A stretch of 64,000 nucleotides of DNA from Chloroflexus sp. (GCF_049970315.1 NZ_JBMFNE010000014.1:18529-82528), one strand, 5' to 3'. Counted from the first letter of the stretch, positions 8,157-17,445 are shown. Notes: generated by a model not told the origin, from the letters alone. Program-made: numbers and translations.

Positions 8157-10325
8157 TTATGGATATGACATTCGATCCTTGGGTAGAGGTACGTCTACTA
8201 GTTGTTTTGTTTGACCACTACGTATACCTTGTAAGAATGAAGGTAACGATTTCAAACGACGTTTGAAGATAAATTCGCGTAAGGCAAAGTAACCTAGATA
8301 AAATATTTGCGGAAGCGGAAATGACTGCCTATGTCTACGGAAGAAAATAACACTACTTTCACCATGAGTTCGCCAAAATTGCTCAGACGCAGGGTTTGTT
8401 GTTTGTGAGACCTTATGCCACATCTTAGCTTGTGGAACTTGTAGAATGCGTAGTCCAGCTCTACGTACTCGTTGTGAAAAATCTAGGTCATCCCAGAGAA
8501 AGCGAAAGCTTTCATCAAACAAACCGGCTTTTTCAAGAGCATGTCGAGTTATCAGGAAACCACAACTAATCGCAAACTGAAGATCATGGTATGTGTTATA
8601 AATTTTACGCTCCATTACAATGGCTGGTGGAAAAGCACGATAACGTGCTCCTGCCGACCAGACCTGTTGTGGATTGTGATAATAGTAAACGATAGGCATT
8701 AGAATTCCGGCATTTGGTTCGCGGGCGGCTTGTACGAGATGTGTTATGATAAGGGGATCGACCGTTGTGTCGTTGTTGAGGATAAAGATATATTCTGCAC
8801 CATTATCAAGTGCATAGTGAATTCCGACGTTATACCCCGCCGCTACACCGAGGTTGTAGTGGTTTTCTATTACTTTTACGTTTGGAAACTGTTTTCTTAC
8901 CAGATCTGGTGTGTTATCGCTCGATCCGTTATCAACCAGTATAATATTGTATGAAGGGTAGTCTAATGATTGTAGTGAACGTAAGCACTCTTCAGTGTCA
9001 TGATAATTGTTTAGGGTTAAAATTACAATCCAAACAGGTGGTTCTTTATTGGTGGATTGGATTGTAATGGGCTGTGTTGTTGTTATTTGCTGTGCCATTT
9101 GATATGCCTGATCTAGTAGATCATCGACCTCATAATGAGTGAATTGTGCTGATCTACCTAAAATGTGTATATTCGGGTAATGTTGCAATACTTGTTGGAA
9201 CCGTTGTACTTCATTAATATAGCCCCGACTATATCGTGGATATGCAAATGGTTCACGTATCACATGTGTGTCAATTACCTCATGTGGTTGGATCAACCTG
9301 CTCTGTACTAAATCATTTACTACTCGTTCAATGATGTTTGGTGCTTCAATAGTTACCTCTGCACATACTACTGTTGTATGTGGTGGTGTTTGATAGTTGC
9401 TCATATTTTTAAATTCAACAAGACGATTGATAGTTGATGAACTATCCATGAAATATAACCAGTGATTGTTGCTCATTAAAGGTTTGTTAAGCAATAAATA
9501 GACTGCGTCAACTTTTTGGTAGTTTATTTTGATCTCTTCTCCTAATAATTGAGCTGTGACTGTTAATGGTAATGTGGATATAATGTGTTGTGCGTATAAT
9601 TCGTACTCTTGATTGTAGTGACGATACGTTATGCCTTGTACTTGCCCGTTTTGATCACGGATAAAACTAGTGACTTGTGCGTTTAGAATTACTTGGTCTT
9701 GTATTTTTTGGTATAATCCATTAACAATTGCGCCATAACCTCCACTTATTGGATAGTAAAATCGGCGAAACTTTGTCCTAGTTGAGTTCTTTAGTCGATC
9801 AAGTGGTGAAGATAGTCTAACTTTCCAAATGGCCCATTCAACTGCAATGTCTTGACCAGAGAGTGAGAAGAGTCGTTCGGTGTAACAGCGAAAGAAAATA
9901 TCGTATAGTGCATGACCATACCGCTTCGCCACATATTGTTCGAATGAATGGTCTGGTAATGTTTTGTCTCTTCTGAGGTAATCTTGTACGATGTGCCATC
10001 TTTCATACATTGATAGGTGTGAGAATAACTCGATAATATCTATCGGATCGCGTAACCAGCGTTGCTTAAAAAAAATACGACTACGCCGGTAGTGTTCAAT
10101 CATTGGAGTGAGAGATCGTACACAATCAAGCACTTCTTGATCATGTGCATAAAAACGATGTGCAGCAAAGTCACACCAGAAATCATTCCAGCGGAAGCTT
10201 CGGGCAAGTCCGCCGTAATATGGATTTTTTTCTAAGACTATCGATGGAATACCACGCTGGGCTAAGAAATAGGACATACTTAATCCTGCTATACCAGCAC
10301 CTAAAATAACGATAGGTTTTCGCAT
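8157..10325 (-). CDS. Fused FAD-dependent oxidoreductase plus GT2 glycosyltransferase
   Basis: N-terminal ILGAGIAGLS...EKNPYYGGLARS dinucleotide-binding fold. C-terminal VILTLN...VDNGSSD...NLGVAAGYN...ILNND GT2 motifs. One continuous frame. Confidence 0.82.
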   Translation of the reverse strand: MRKPIVILGAGIAGLSMSYFLAQRGIPSIVLEKNPYYGGLARSFRWNDFWCDFAAHRFYAHDQEVLDCVRSLTPMIEHYRRSRIFFKQRWLRDPIDIIELFSHLSMYERWHIVQDYLRRDKTLPDHSFEQYVAKRYGHALYDIFFRCYTERLFSLSGQDIAVEWAIWKVRLSSPLDRLKNSTRTKFRRFYYPISGGYGAIVNGLYQKIQDQVILNAQVTSFIRDQNGQVQGITYRHYNQEYELYAQHIISTLPLTVTAQLLGEEIKINYQKVDAVYLLLNKPLMSNNHWLYFMDSSSTINRLVEFKNMSNYQTPPHTTVVCAEVTIEAPNIIERVVNDLVQSRLIQPHEVIDTHVIREPFAYPRYSRGYINEVQRFQQVLQHYPNIHILGRSAQFTHYEVDDLLDQAYQMAQQITTTQPITIQSTNKEPPVWIVILTLNNYHDTEECLRSLQSLDYPSYNIILVDNGSSDNTPDLVRKQFPNVKVIENHYNLGVAAGYNVGIHYALDNGAEYIFILNNDTTVDPLIITHLVQAAREPNAGILMPIVYYYHNPQQVWSAGARYRAFPPAIVMERKIYNTYHDLQFAISCGFLITRHALEKAGLFDESFRFLWDDLDFSQRVRRAGLRILQVPQAKMWHKVSQTTNPASEQFWRTHGESSVIFFRRHRQSFPLPQIFYLGYFALREFIFKRRLKSLPSFLQGIRSGQTKQLVDVPLPKDRMSYP

Positions 10326-10515
10326 GTAGCACCTTATTAACAGATTTTTGTATAACTTGTTACCGTTTTTGATTGTGTCCAATAGTTAAGTAGCATGGAT
10401 TTTCCTAGAGTTGCTACTGCTGATCCTGAGTATAGCAGAATTGGTGATATTCGGCAAATTCTTATCCTCCATGACTGTTCCTGTCAGCATTCTTGGTTAG
10501 TTCCTATTGCCATAT

Positions 10516-12033
10516 TCACTCCCCCTGCCGTGGTCGGTACTGGATGGCTTCGGCAACGTGGACGGCAGCGATCTGGTTGGCGCCGGCCAGATCGGCGATG
10601 GTGCGGGCGAGTCGTAAAATGCGGTGGTAACTGCGCGCAGAAAGATTGAGCCGCTGGACCGCCGATTTGAGGAGAGATTGGCCGGCGTTGTCTAGGGTGC
10701 AAAAGACGCGAATTTCGGCCGGGCCGAGATCGGCATTACTGCAACAGTGCGGGTGCTGGCGGAGGCGTTCGGTTTGGCGGTTGCGGGCCAAGATGACCCG
10801 TTCACGCACGGCGGCTGAGGTTTCGCCGGGTGCGAGGCTGCTGAGTTTGTCGTATTTGATCCGTGGAGCCTCGATGTGGATGTCGATGCGATCGAGGAGT
10901 GGCCCGCTGATCCGCCGTTGATAGCGGTTGACGAGGGTTGGGGAGCAAGTGCAGGTTCGCTCGGGATCGCCGTGCCAGCCGCACGGGCATGGGTTTTGTG
11001 CCGCAACGAGCATGAAGGCTGCCGGGTAGGTGATACTGCCCTGCGCCCGACTCAGCGTGACGATGCGGTCTTCGAGCGGTTGCCGCAGTACTTCTAACCG
11101 GTGACCGAATTCGGGTAGCTCGTCGAGAAACAAGATGCCGCGGTGGGCGAGGGTAATCATGCCCGGTTTGACCCGCGTGCCACCACCAACGAGTCCTGCG
11201 GTGGAAACGGTGTGATGCGGTGCGCAGAAGGGGCGTTCCCGAATGAGCGGTGTGTCGCGTGGGAGTTGCCCGGCGACACTGTAGATCTTGGTGACTTCGA
11301 GTGCCTCCGCAAAACTGAGCGGCGGTAAGATGGAGTGTAGCGCACGCGCGAGCATCGTCTTGCCTGCCCCCGGCGGACCACTCATCAGGACGTTGTGGCC
11401 TCCAGCAGCGGCAATTTCTAACGCCCGTTTCACGTGCTCTTGTCCACGCACGTCGGCAAAATCGACATGTGGCGTTGGGACGATAGGGGTAAAACCCATC
11501 TGCCCTTGATAGGGTCGTATCGGATGCTCACCATTGAGATGGTCGATTAATTCACGGAGTGAGGTCAGCGGGATAATTCGGAGACCGTCAATTAATGCTG
11601 CCTCAGCCGCGTCTTCGGCGGGGAGATACATCGTCGTGATGCCGTGGGCACGGGCCACTGCCGCCATTGGGAGAATGCCGTCGGTGTGGCGAAGGCTACC
11701 GTCAAGGCTGAGTTCACCGACAAACACCGCATCGGCAAGGTTGGTATCGAGTTGACCGGTAGCGATCAGCAAGCCGAGCGCGATCGGCAGATCATACGCC
11801 GGTCCGGCTTTGCGTAGGTCGGCAGGTGCGAGATTGGCGGTAATACGCTGCATCGGAAAGCGCATACCACTATTTCGTACTGCAGAACGTACTCGTTCGC
11901 GGCTTTCGTGTACCGCAGCGTCGCCTAGCCCGACGACACTGAAAGCGGGCATGCCACCGGCGACATCAACCTCTACGTCAACCAGCACGCCGTCTAGTCC
12001 GATAACGGCACAACTCAACACCTTGGCCAGCAT
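10516..12033 (-). CDS. comM: YifB/ComM family Mg-chelatase-like AAA+ ATPase
   Basis: NLAPADLRKAG...YDLPIA, GPPGAGKT, LFLDELPEF, LRQPLED, ISGPLLDRID. Confidence 0.9.
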   Translation of the reverse strand: MLAKVLSCAVIGLDGVLVDVEVDVAGGMPAFSVVGLGDAAVHESRERVRSAVRNSGMRFPMQRITANLAPADLRKAGPAYDLPIALGLLIATGQLDTNLADAVFVGELSLDGSLRHTDGILPMAAVARAHGITTMYLPAEDAAEAALIDGLRIIPLTSLRELIDHLNGEHPIRPYQGQMGFTPIVPTPHVDFADVRGQEHVKRALEIAAAGGHNVLMSGPPGAGKTMLARALHSILPPLSFAEALEVTKIYSVAGQLPRDTPLIRERPFCAPHHTVSTAGLVGGGTRVKPGMITLAHRGILFLDELPEFGHRLEVLRQPLEDRIVTLSRAQGSITYPAAFMLVAAQNPCPCGWHGDPERTCTCSPTLVNRYQRRISGPLLDRIDIHIEAPRIKYDKLSSLAPGETSAAVRERVILARNRQTERLRQHPHCCSNADLGPAEIRVFCTLDNAGQSLLKSAVQRLNLSARSYHRILRLARTIADLAGANQIAAVHVAEAIQYRPRQGE

Positions 12034-12181
12034 GATTGCTCCTTCCGCGATAACTTGTCAGTACATTGCTGGGAGCAGAACACTGCTGTGCGCTCCTATC
12101 TGACCGTTCTACATAGTTATACCGTTTGAGATCGCTAAAAGATGCGCGCAAGTTTTAGTTTCCGAGTTTTGAATCTGTAAC

Positions 12182-12210
12182 TTGTCAGAATGTATGATAT
12201 GCAATATAAT
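12182..12210 (+). promoter_or_regulatory. Sigma70-type promoter
   Basis: TTGTCA, 17 bp spacer, TATAAT. Confidence 0.6.
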
Positions 12211-12251
12211 GAACTCACGTGACAAGCAAGAGCAAACGCGGGAGGCTTGCG

Positions 12252-12956
12252 ATGGAGATGGAATATTCGCTGGCACTGGCGCTGGAGGATTACCTCCCGG
12301 TGATTTTTTCGCTGATCGGGGTATGGTTTCTTGCCCGCACTGTATACCAAGTCGATCGTGGATTGGGGATGATGGTGTTTACCGGTCTTGGTCTCTTGGC
12401 AGTCGGTGGTTTGCTCAAGGCGACGTGGAAACTGTTGATGGCGCTCAATGGCACCGATGTTCCCTTGTTTAGCCAAGCACTCTTCCCCATGATTGCTCCC
12501 GGTTTTACCCTGATTGCCATCGCCGTATATAGTTATACGCGACAGTTGCGTGGTCAATCTGCTATCCGTTGGCCATGGCTCGTTTCGCTTATCATCATTG
12601 CATTGTTTGGGGGTGGATCGGCGATTATCGCGGCCAATGGCGGGCTATGGCGGGTGCCGCTCATTATGCTGGCAACTATTGGTAACGTAGCCCTCTTACT
12701 GATACTGGCAATTGGTGCGTGGCGACGTAATATGCGTGGGTTGGCAGTCGGATTTGTAGTGGTGGTGCTGGTTATTATCGGGATGTCGCAGATGGCGAAT
12801 AACGTTCCACAGACGATTGCCGTTCAGTGGTTTGAGCAGATTGCGCAGACGTTGGCTCAACTCGCTTTTTGCCTCGGGACATGGCAGTTGACGCAGCGGA
12901 TGGCGCAAGAGGCACCGGTGCGGCGATTGGTGGTACGTGTTGGTCAGGCTGGTTGA
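12252..12956 (+). CDS. Hypothetical integral membrane protein (about 7 TM segments)
   Basis: GGAGG at 12241-12245 before the ATG; alternating hydrophobic helices. Confidence 0.75.
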   Translation: MEMEYSLALALEDYLPVIFSLIGVWFLARTVYQVDRGLGMMVFTGLGLLAVGGLLKATWKLLMALNGTDVPLFSQALFPMIAPGFTLIAIAVYSYTRQLRGQSAIRWPWLVSLIIIALFGGGSAIIAANGGLWRVPLIMLATIGNVALLLILAIGAWRRNMRGLAVGFVVVVLVIIGMSQMANNVPQTIAVQWFEQIAQTLAQLAFCLGTWQLTQRMAQEAPVRRLVVRVGQAG

Positions 12957-13005
12957 TCGGCCCGGTATTCACAACGCAGCAAGTCAATACGCTCTGATAT
13001 GGAAC

Positions 13006-13033
13006 CAAGAGGCGCGGTCGACCGCGCCTCTTG
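13006..13033. terminator. Perfect 28-bp palindrome, probable terminator hairpin
   Basis: CAAGAGGCGCGGTCGACCGCGCCTCTTG is its own reverse complement and lies about 50 bp after the stop codon. Confidence 0.6.
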
Positions 13034-13235
13034 TACGTTGGTACGCCATTGAGGTTAGGTCATTACTTTAACAGAGAAACAACGGTGAAGAATATCTAAA
13101 TCACTACATAGTCTAGGTTGGTATTGCGAACTAATGTACTAATTTTGCCGTCATACATTTGATAACGAGTCTTTTTGCGATGTTGCGCGGTATTATAAAT
13201 GACAGTTTCTTCATTGAAGTGACCAGGAGACAATC

Positions 13236-13424
13236 ATGTCATTACTTCTATCACTCATCCGTCTGATTCCCCGCCCTTCGGCATCAGCTCCGCCTCCACC
13301 ACCGCCAGATCAACCACCTCACTCCGACCATCCAAATACTGAAGCTGACGAACCGCTAGACCCAGCAAATCCTTGTTGGCACCCGAATGCAGTGCGTCGC
13401 CCAATCCGCGTGCGCAGTGCCTAA
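13236..13424 (+). CDS. Small proline-rich protein (62 aa)
   Basis: AGGAG RBS 5 nt upstream of the ATG; directly precedes the ECF sigma gene. Confidence 0.45.
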   Translation: MSLLLSLIRLIPRPSASAPPPPPPDQPPHSDHPNTEADEPLDPANPCWHPNAVRRPIRVRSA

Positions 13425-13543
13425 GTGTCAAATAGATGTTGTTCAGACTCCAAGCCGGGGTGGATCTTCCACTCCGGTACCACTAACGTTTTGCAAAAAT
13501 CGTACCGTTTCGCACTACCCAAATCCTATACTTGGAGACACAG

Positions 13544-14086
13544 ATGCAATCCCCTGCACATCACACCATCGTGACCGGACTGCAACAGCGTGACCCGCAG
13601 ATCATCGGCTGGCTCTACACGACCTACGCCCCGCGTCTCCTTGGCTACTTCACCCGTCGCCTGCGTGACCCTGACCTTGCGCGCGACCTACACCACGACC
13701 TATTCCTGCGTCTCCTCGAACGCGCGCCGGCTTTTGTCGACCGGGGTGTGCCCATCGATGCCTGGCTCTTCCGGCTCGCGCACGATCTGGTCGTCGATAC
13801 CCACCGGCGCGCCGGGCGGACCGTCCCCCTGACCGACGCGGCGCACTTCGCCGCTGACGACGATGTCGCTATCACCTGCCTCCACGCCGCCGACCACGCC
13901 GCCCTTAACCAAGCTATCGCCACGCTGCCCCTTGCTTACCGGCGCGTGCTCACCTTGCGCTTTCGCGACACCTGCTCGCTTGCTGATACGGCACGTCAGC
14001 TCGGTCTCTCCCTTTCGGCCACTAAGGCCCTCCAACGTCGCGCCATCGCTCGCCTCCAGGCTATCCTCTCCCCGCCGATGGCGTGA
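13544..14086 (+). CDS. ECF-type RNA polymerase sigma-70 factor
   Basis: Region 2 (ARDLHHDLFLRL...AWLFRLAHDLVVD) and region 4 (LPLAYRRVLTLRF...SLADTARQLG). Confidence 0.87.
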   Translation: MQSPAHHTIVTGLQQRDPQIIGWLYTTYAPRLLGYFTRRLRDPDLARDLHHDLFLRLLERAPAFVDRGVPIDAWLFRLAHDLVVDTHRRAGRTVPLTDAAHFAADDDVAITCLHAADHAALNQAIATLPLAYRRVLTLRFRDTCSLADTARQLGLSLSATKALQRRAIARLQAILSPPMA

Positions 14087-14347
14087 CACCAAGATGCGGG
14101 TGGGTTGACCCCACCCGCTCTGTGCACCTTAATGATGGTCAGTCCCAGCGACGCGGGTGGGTTCCCCTCACACCACCGGCTCGACCCGCCGCTGGTCTGC
14201 GCGCAAAACGAGAAGGGGGTTACGCCCACTCGCTTCGCTTACCCCGCCGATGGCGTGACACCAAGATGCGGGTGGGTTGACCCCACCCGCTCTGTGCACC
14301 TTAATGATGGTCAGTCCCAGCGACGCGGGTGGGTTCACCCTACCCGC
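14070..14347. repeat. 95-bp direct duplication containing an array of REP-like palindromes
   Basis: 14070-14164 equals 14242-14336. GCGGGTGGG-TTGAC-CCCACCCGC at 14096 and 14268; variants at 14153, 14211 and 14325. Confidence 0.85.
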
Positions 14348-14533
14348 CCCACTCACCGCACCGATGGCGTGCCCTTGAAACGATGGTACGGTCACGCTCT
14401 TCCTCCCTCGCACCCTATTCGCCCCACCACTGGCTCATTCTACCGGTGGAATATCAGCCCTTCCCCAAGGAAACTCTATGCTATAATCAATTAGACTGTT
14501 CATTCTCTGCTGGCCCGTGTGTGAGCAACTTGT

Positions 14534-15352
14534 ATGACGATTGATCGCGAACAACTACGCGAACTCATCTTGCAAGAACTACCGGCGCTCTTCGAGCGTG
14601 ATCCAGAGTTGCAGCGTTTAATTTTGCGGCTGTCGCAACAATACTTTGCTGACCGCCGTGAAACAGAGAGTCGATTTGATCAAATTCTCGAAGAGCTACG
14701 TCGTGATCGCGAAGAGCAGTCACGACGTTGGGCAGAACAAATGCGGTTATGGGAAGAGCAAAATCGGCGGTGGGAAGAGCAAGATCGGCGGTGGGACGAA
14801 CAAGTACGACTGTGGGACGAGCAAAACCGAAAGTGGGAGGAGCAAAATCGGCGGTGGGAAGAGCAAGATCGGCGGTGGGAAGAGAATCAGCGCGAGATTC
14901 GTGAACTTATCCAGGGAATGAAAGTGCTTGATCGTCGGTTTGATTCGACCATAGGTGCACTAGGTGCTCGCTGGGGGTTGTCTTCCGAACAATCTTTTCG
15001 AAGTGCGCTTCGAGGTATTTTGACCGATTTCTTCCCGCTTGAGGTGATTCACGTCAATGAGTATGATGATAGCGGTGAGGTGTTTGGTCGTCCTGAACAA
15101 ATTGAACTCGATCTAATAATTAAAAATGGTGTTTTGCTTATTTGTGAGATTAAATCTTCAATGAGCAAAGCTGACATGTATTTATTTGAACGCAAAGCGC
15201 GTTGGTATCAACAACGCCATGGCCGAACAGCGCAACAACTTATTGTGATTTCGCCGATGGTCGACCCAGCAGCGCGGAAGGTGGCCGAACGTTTAGGGAT
15301 TGTCGTGTATAGTTTTCCTGAAGATGCAGGTGAAGCTATTACAGAATTGTAA
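14534..15352 (+). CDS. DUF3782-type coiled-coil/heptad-repeat protein with PD-(D/E)XK nuclease-like C-terminus
   Basis: WEEQNRR-type 7-aa repeats; LGARWG...E..FR; IELDLIIKNG...CEIKSS. Extended -10 element TGCTATAAT at 14479-14487. Confidence 0.75.
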   Translation: MTIDREQLRELILQELPALFERDPELQRLILRLSQQYFADRRETESRFDQILEELRRDREEQSRRWAEQMRLWEEQNRRWEEQDRRWDEQVRLWDEQNRKWEEQNRRWEEQDRRWEENQREIRELIQGMKVLDRRFDSTIGALGARWGLSSEQSFRSALRGILTDFFPLEVIHVNEYDDSGEVFGRPEQIELDLIIKNGVLLICEIKSSMSKADMYLFERKARWYQQRHGRTAQQLIVISPMVDPAARKVAERLGIVVYSFPEDAGEAITEL

Positions 15353-15379
15353 TCAACACTCGTTTTTCATGCTGGATTC

Positions 15380-16432
15380 CTAGTGGTTATCCATCGCCGA
15401 ATCTTCTATCTGGCGCATCGTGCTGCGTCGCCCCCGCCGACGTGGTGTCTCACTCACCGGAAATAGTTCATCAAGGGCTGCATTGATCGTAGCCTGCTCG
15501 GTGTGTACATTGGCAGTGTGCCGTTCAAACCAGTCACTGTGCCGCCACGTAAGCGCCAACGGTGCAATCCGCCGAATATCTTCGGTATTAACGGTATTGC
15601 GAAAATCGGCGGCAGCGCGTGCCCTTGCTCCCTCGAGCAGCGCAATTTCGGCGCGGTGCGATGGAATTTGTAAACGCTGTACTAATGCCAGCGCCTGTTC
15701 CTCCAATTCGGGTGGAATCGTCACATGGGGCAGTATCTCACGCGCAATCATAATCTCTTCAGCGAGAGCCGTGGTCTGGGCAGCATAGACTTGCCGGAAT
15801 CCCGCCGGATCGTTCCGAAAATCGCGTGCCCGCCGGTAGATTTCTAGCCGAGCACGATGATCGGCAACCGGGGCAACCCATACTCGTAAACCAAAGCGAT
15901 CGAGGATTTGCGGGCGTAATGCACCCTCCTCTGGGTTCATGGACCCGATCAATATAAACTGACTGGGAAAGAGTCGGATCATTGCGCCACGGCGTACAAA
16001 GGTACGACCCTGTGCTGCAGCATCGAGGATGGCATCTACCACGGCCTGATCAAGCAGGTTAATCTCATCGACGTAGAGAACATTACCGTGCGCACGGGCG
16101 AGAATTCCCTCTTCAAGCCGAACGATCCGCTGTTCAAGTGCGATCCGCTCGTTGATCCCCCCGACAACATCTTCAAGTCGAGCATTGAGCGGTAATTCGA
16201 TCAACCGCATCCGTTCTATAAGGGGCTTGCCATCGCTTGTGGTTGCGTCGCGCGTGACAAATGGCATAAGATCGAGGAGGCTGCGGACTGCGGTCGTCTT
16301 ACCAACACCGTAGGGACCGCTTATCAGAATGCCACCAATTTGGGGGTTAATCAATCCAAGGATGAGCGCCGTCTTAAGTTCGGTCTGACCGACCATCGCC
16401 AACAGCGGAAAGGGATAGATCTCGTCTGTCAT
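15380..16432 (-). CDS. Mg-chelatase subunit I-like AAA+ ATPase
   Basis: GPYGVGKTT, LYVDEINLL, GSMNPEEGALRPQILDRFG. Confidence 0.8.
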   Translation of the reverse strand: MTDEIYPFPLLAMVGQTELKTALILGLINPQIGGILISGPYGVGKTTAVRSLLDLMPFVTRDATTSDGKPLIERMRLIELPLNARLEDVVGGINERIALEQRIVRLEEGILARAHGNVLYVDEINLLDQAVVDAILDAAAQGRTFVRRGAMIRLFPSQFILIGSMNPEEGALRPQILDRFGLRVWVAPVADHRARLEIYRRARDFRNDPAGFRQVYAAQTTALAEEIMIAREILPHVTIPPELEEQALALVQRLQIPSHRAEIALLEGARARAAADFRNTVNTEDIRRIAPLALTWRHSDWFERHTANVHTEQATINAALDELFPVSETPRRRGRRSTMRQIEDSAMDNH

Positions 16433-16475
16433 AGTGTGTCTGTTTGTTCGGCGATGAGCGCGGTAGCTACTATCG

Positions 16476-16760
16476 TTATAGCATTTCGATTGCGTAATTC
16501 AGAAGTGGGCAATCGGGACGCTGCCGTTCAATAAAACTGACCACTGCTTCAAGTTGACGCTGCGCGTGGACCTGATCGGTAGCAACCACCGCTACACCGA
16601 GGATCGCACTCTGCCATCGATCCTGATCATCAACTTCGGCAACCGACACGTTAAACTCGTTGCGGATACGCGAGATGAGCGAGCGCAACACCTGACGTTT
16701 CTCTTTCAGCGATTGAGCAGTGGCGATGTGCAAGTGGATAGTACAAGAACCGATAATCAT
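16476..16760 (-). CDS. DUF503 (YlxP-like) protein
   Basis: SLKEKRQVLRSL...FNVSVAEV...DRWQSA. Confidence 0.82.
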   Translation of the reverse strand: MIIGSCTIHLHIATAQSLKEKRQVLRSLISRIRNEFNVSVAEVDDQDRWQSAILGVAVVATDQVHAQRQLEAVVSFIERQRPDCPLLNYAIEML

Positions 16761-16770
16761 ACGTGTTGCA

Positions 16771-17439
16771 CTAATTCAGACTATTCCAACTTCCGAACAT
16801 ATTGCGCGGATCAAACCGCTGTGGTCCGCGTGGCAAGATCGCTAATTCAGTGCGGAGAGCTTTGTTCAGACTGCGTAAACGCTCGGTGACATTTGCTTCG
16901 AGCCAACGTTGCTTCTGGACCGGATCGATTTGGAGACGGTCGGCGAGGAGATAACTTAACTTTACCGGTTCGAGTGGCAATGGTTCGACATCGATCTCGG
17001 CACCGGTAATGGTCGCGACTCGTTCCCAGTAACGTTGGTAGGTAGTGCGTAACTCATTGGCTGCAGCGATTGTCTGCCCATCAACGTGATCCGATAGCAG
17101 TTTAACCTGTGCCACAAGATAAGGCGTTTGTTCAACAATTTGTACGATCCGGAAGCGCTGCTGACCGATAACCTGGAGCAAGTAACGACCATCTTCAAGG
17201 CGAAGATGCTCTTGAATCACGGCAACCGTGCCGACATCATACGGTTCGGGGGCAATTGCCATTCGGCGACCTTCGATGACCTCGTGCCCACGCCGTAGTA
17301 ACACAATACCAAACGGCTGCTGGGTCGCCAAACACCGTCCGATCATCAGTCGGTAACGCTCTTCAAAAATATGCAGACTCAACAAGCTACCGGGGAAGAG
17401 GAGCGTGCCGAGGGGAAATAACGGTAAAGTCTGTTCCAT
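16771..17439 (-). CDS. LON peptidase substrate-binding domain protein
   Basis: LPLFPL...LFPG...LHIFEERYRLMI...FGIV...GQQRFRI. Confidence 0.85.
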   Translation of the reverse strand: MEQTLPLFPLGTLLFPGSLLSLHIFEERYRLMIGRCLATQQPFGIVLLRRGHEVIEGRRMAIAPEPYDVGTVAVIQEHLRLEDGRYLLQVIGQQRFRIVQIVEQTPYLVAQVKLLSDHVDGQTIAAANELRTTYQRYWERVATITGAEIDVEPLPLEPVKLSYLLADRLQIDPVQKQRWLEANVTERLRSLNKALRTELAILPRGPQRFDPRNMFGSWNSLN

Positions 17440-17445
17440 AATGGT

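Larger units (their letters stand above)
3900..10500. other. AT-rich accessory island (surface/glycosylation genes)
   Basis: Visibly lower GC (roughly 40% by eye, versus about 55-60% in the flanks) across five co-oriented genes between trpC and comM. Confidence 0.65.

Noticed and set aside
10516-12033. comM as an integration hotspot explaining the AT-rich island
   Set aside because: comM is intact, and no integrase or att-like direct repeats were seen at the island edges.
12252-12956. Microbial rhodopsin (7-TM protein in a probable phototroph)
   Set aside because: No retinal-binding Lys in the last helix (AQTLAQLAFCLG) and no helix C RYxD-type motif.
14096-14347. CRISPR-like periodicity (23-bp palindromic repeat with 34-bp spacers)
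   Set aside because: Spacers are duplicated, two units are heavily degenerate, and there are no cas genes or leader. A REP-like array with a local duplication fits better.
15380-16432. Calling this gene bchI
   Set aside because: No bchD, bchH or vWA partner nearby, and BchI-like ATPases have several paralogues, so no gene symbol was assigned.
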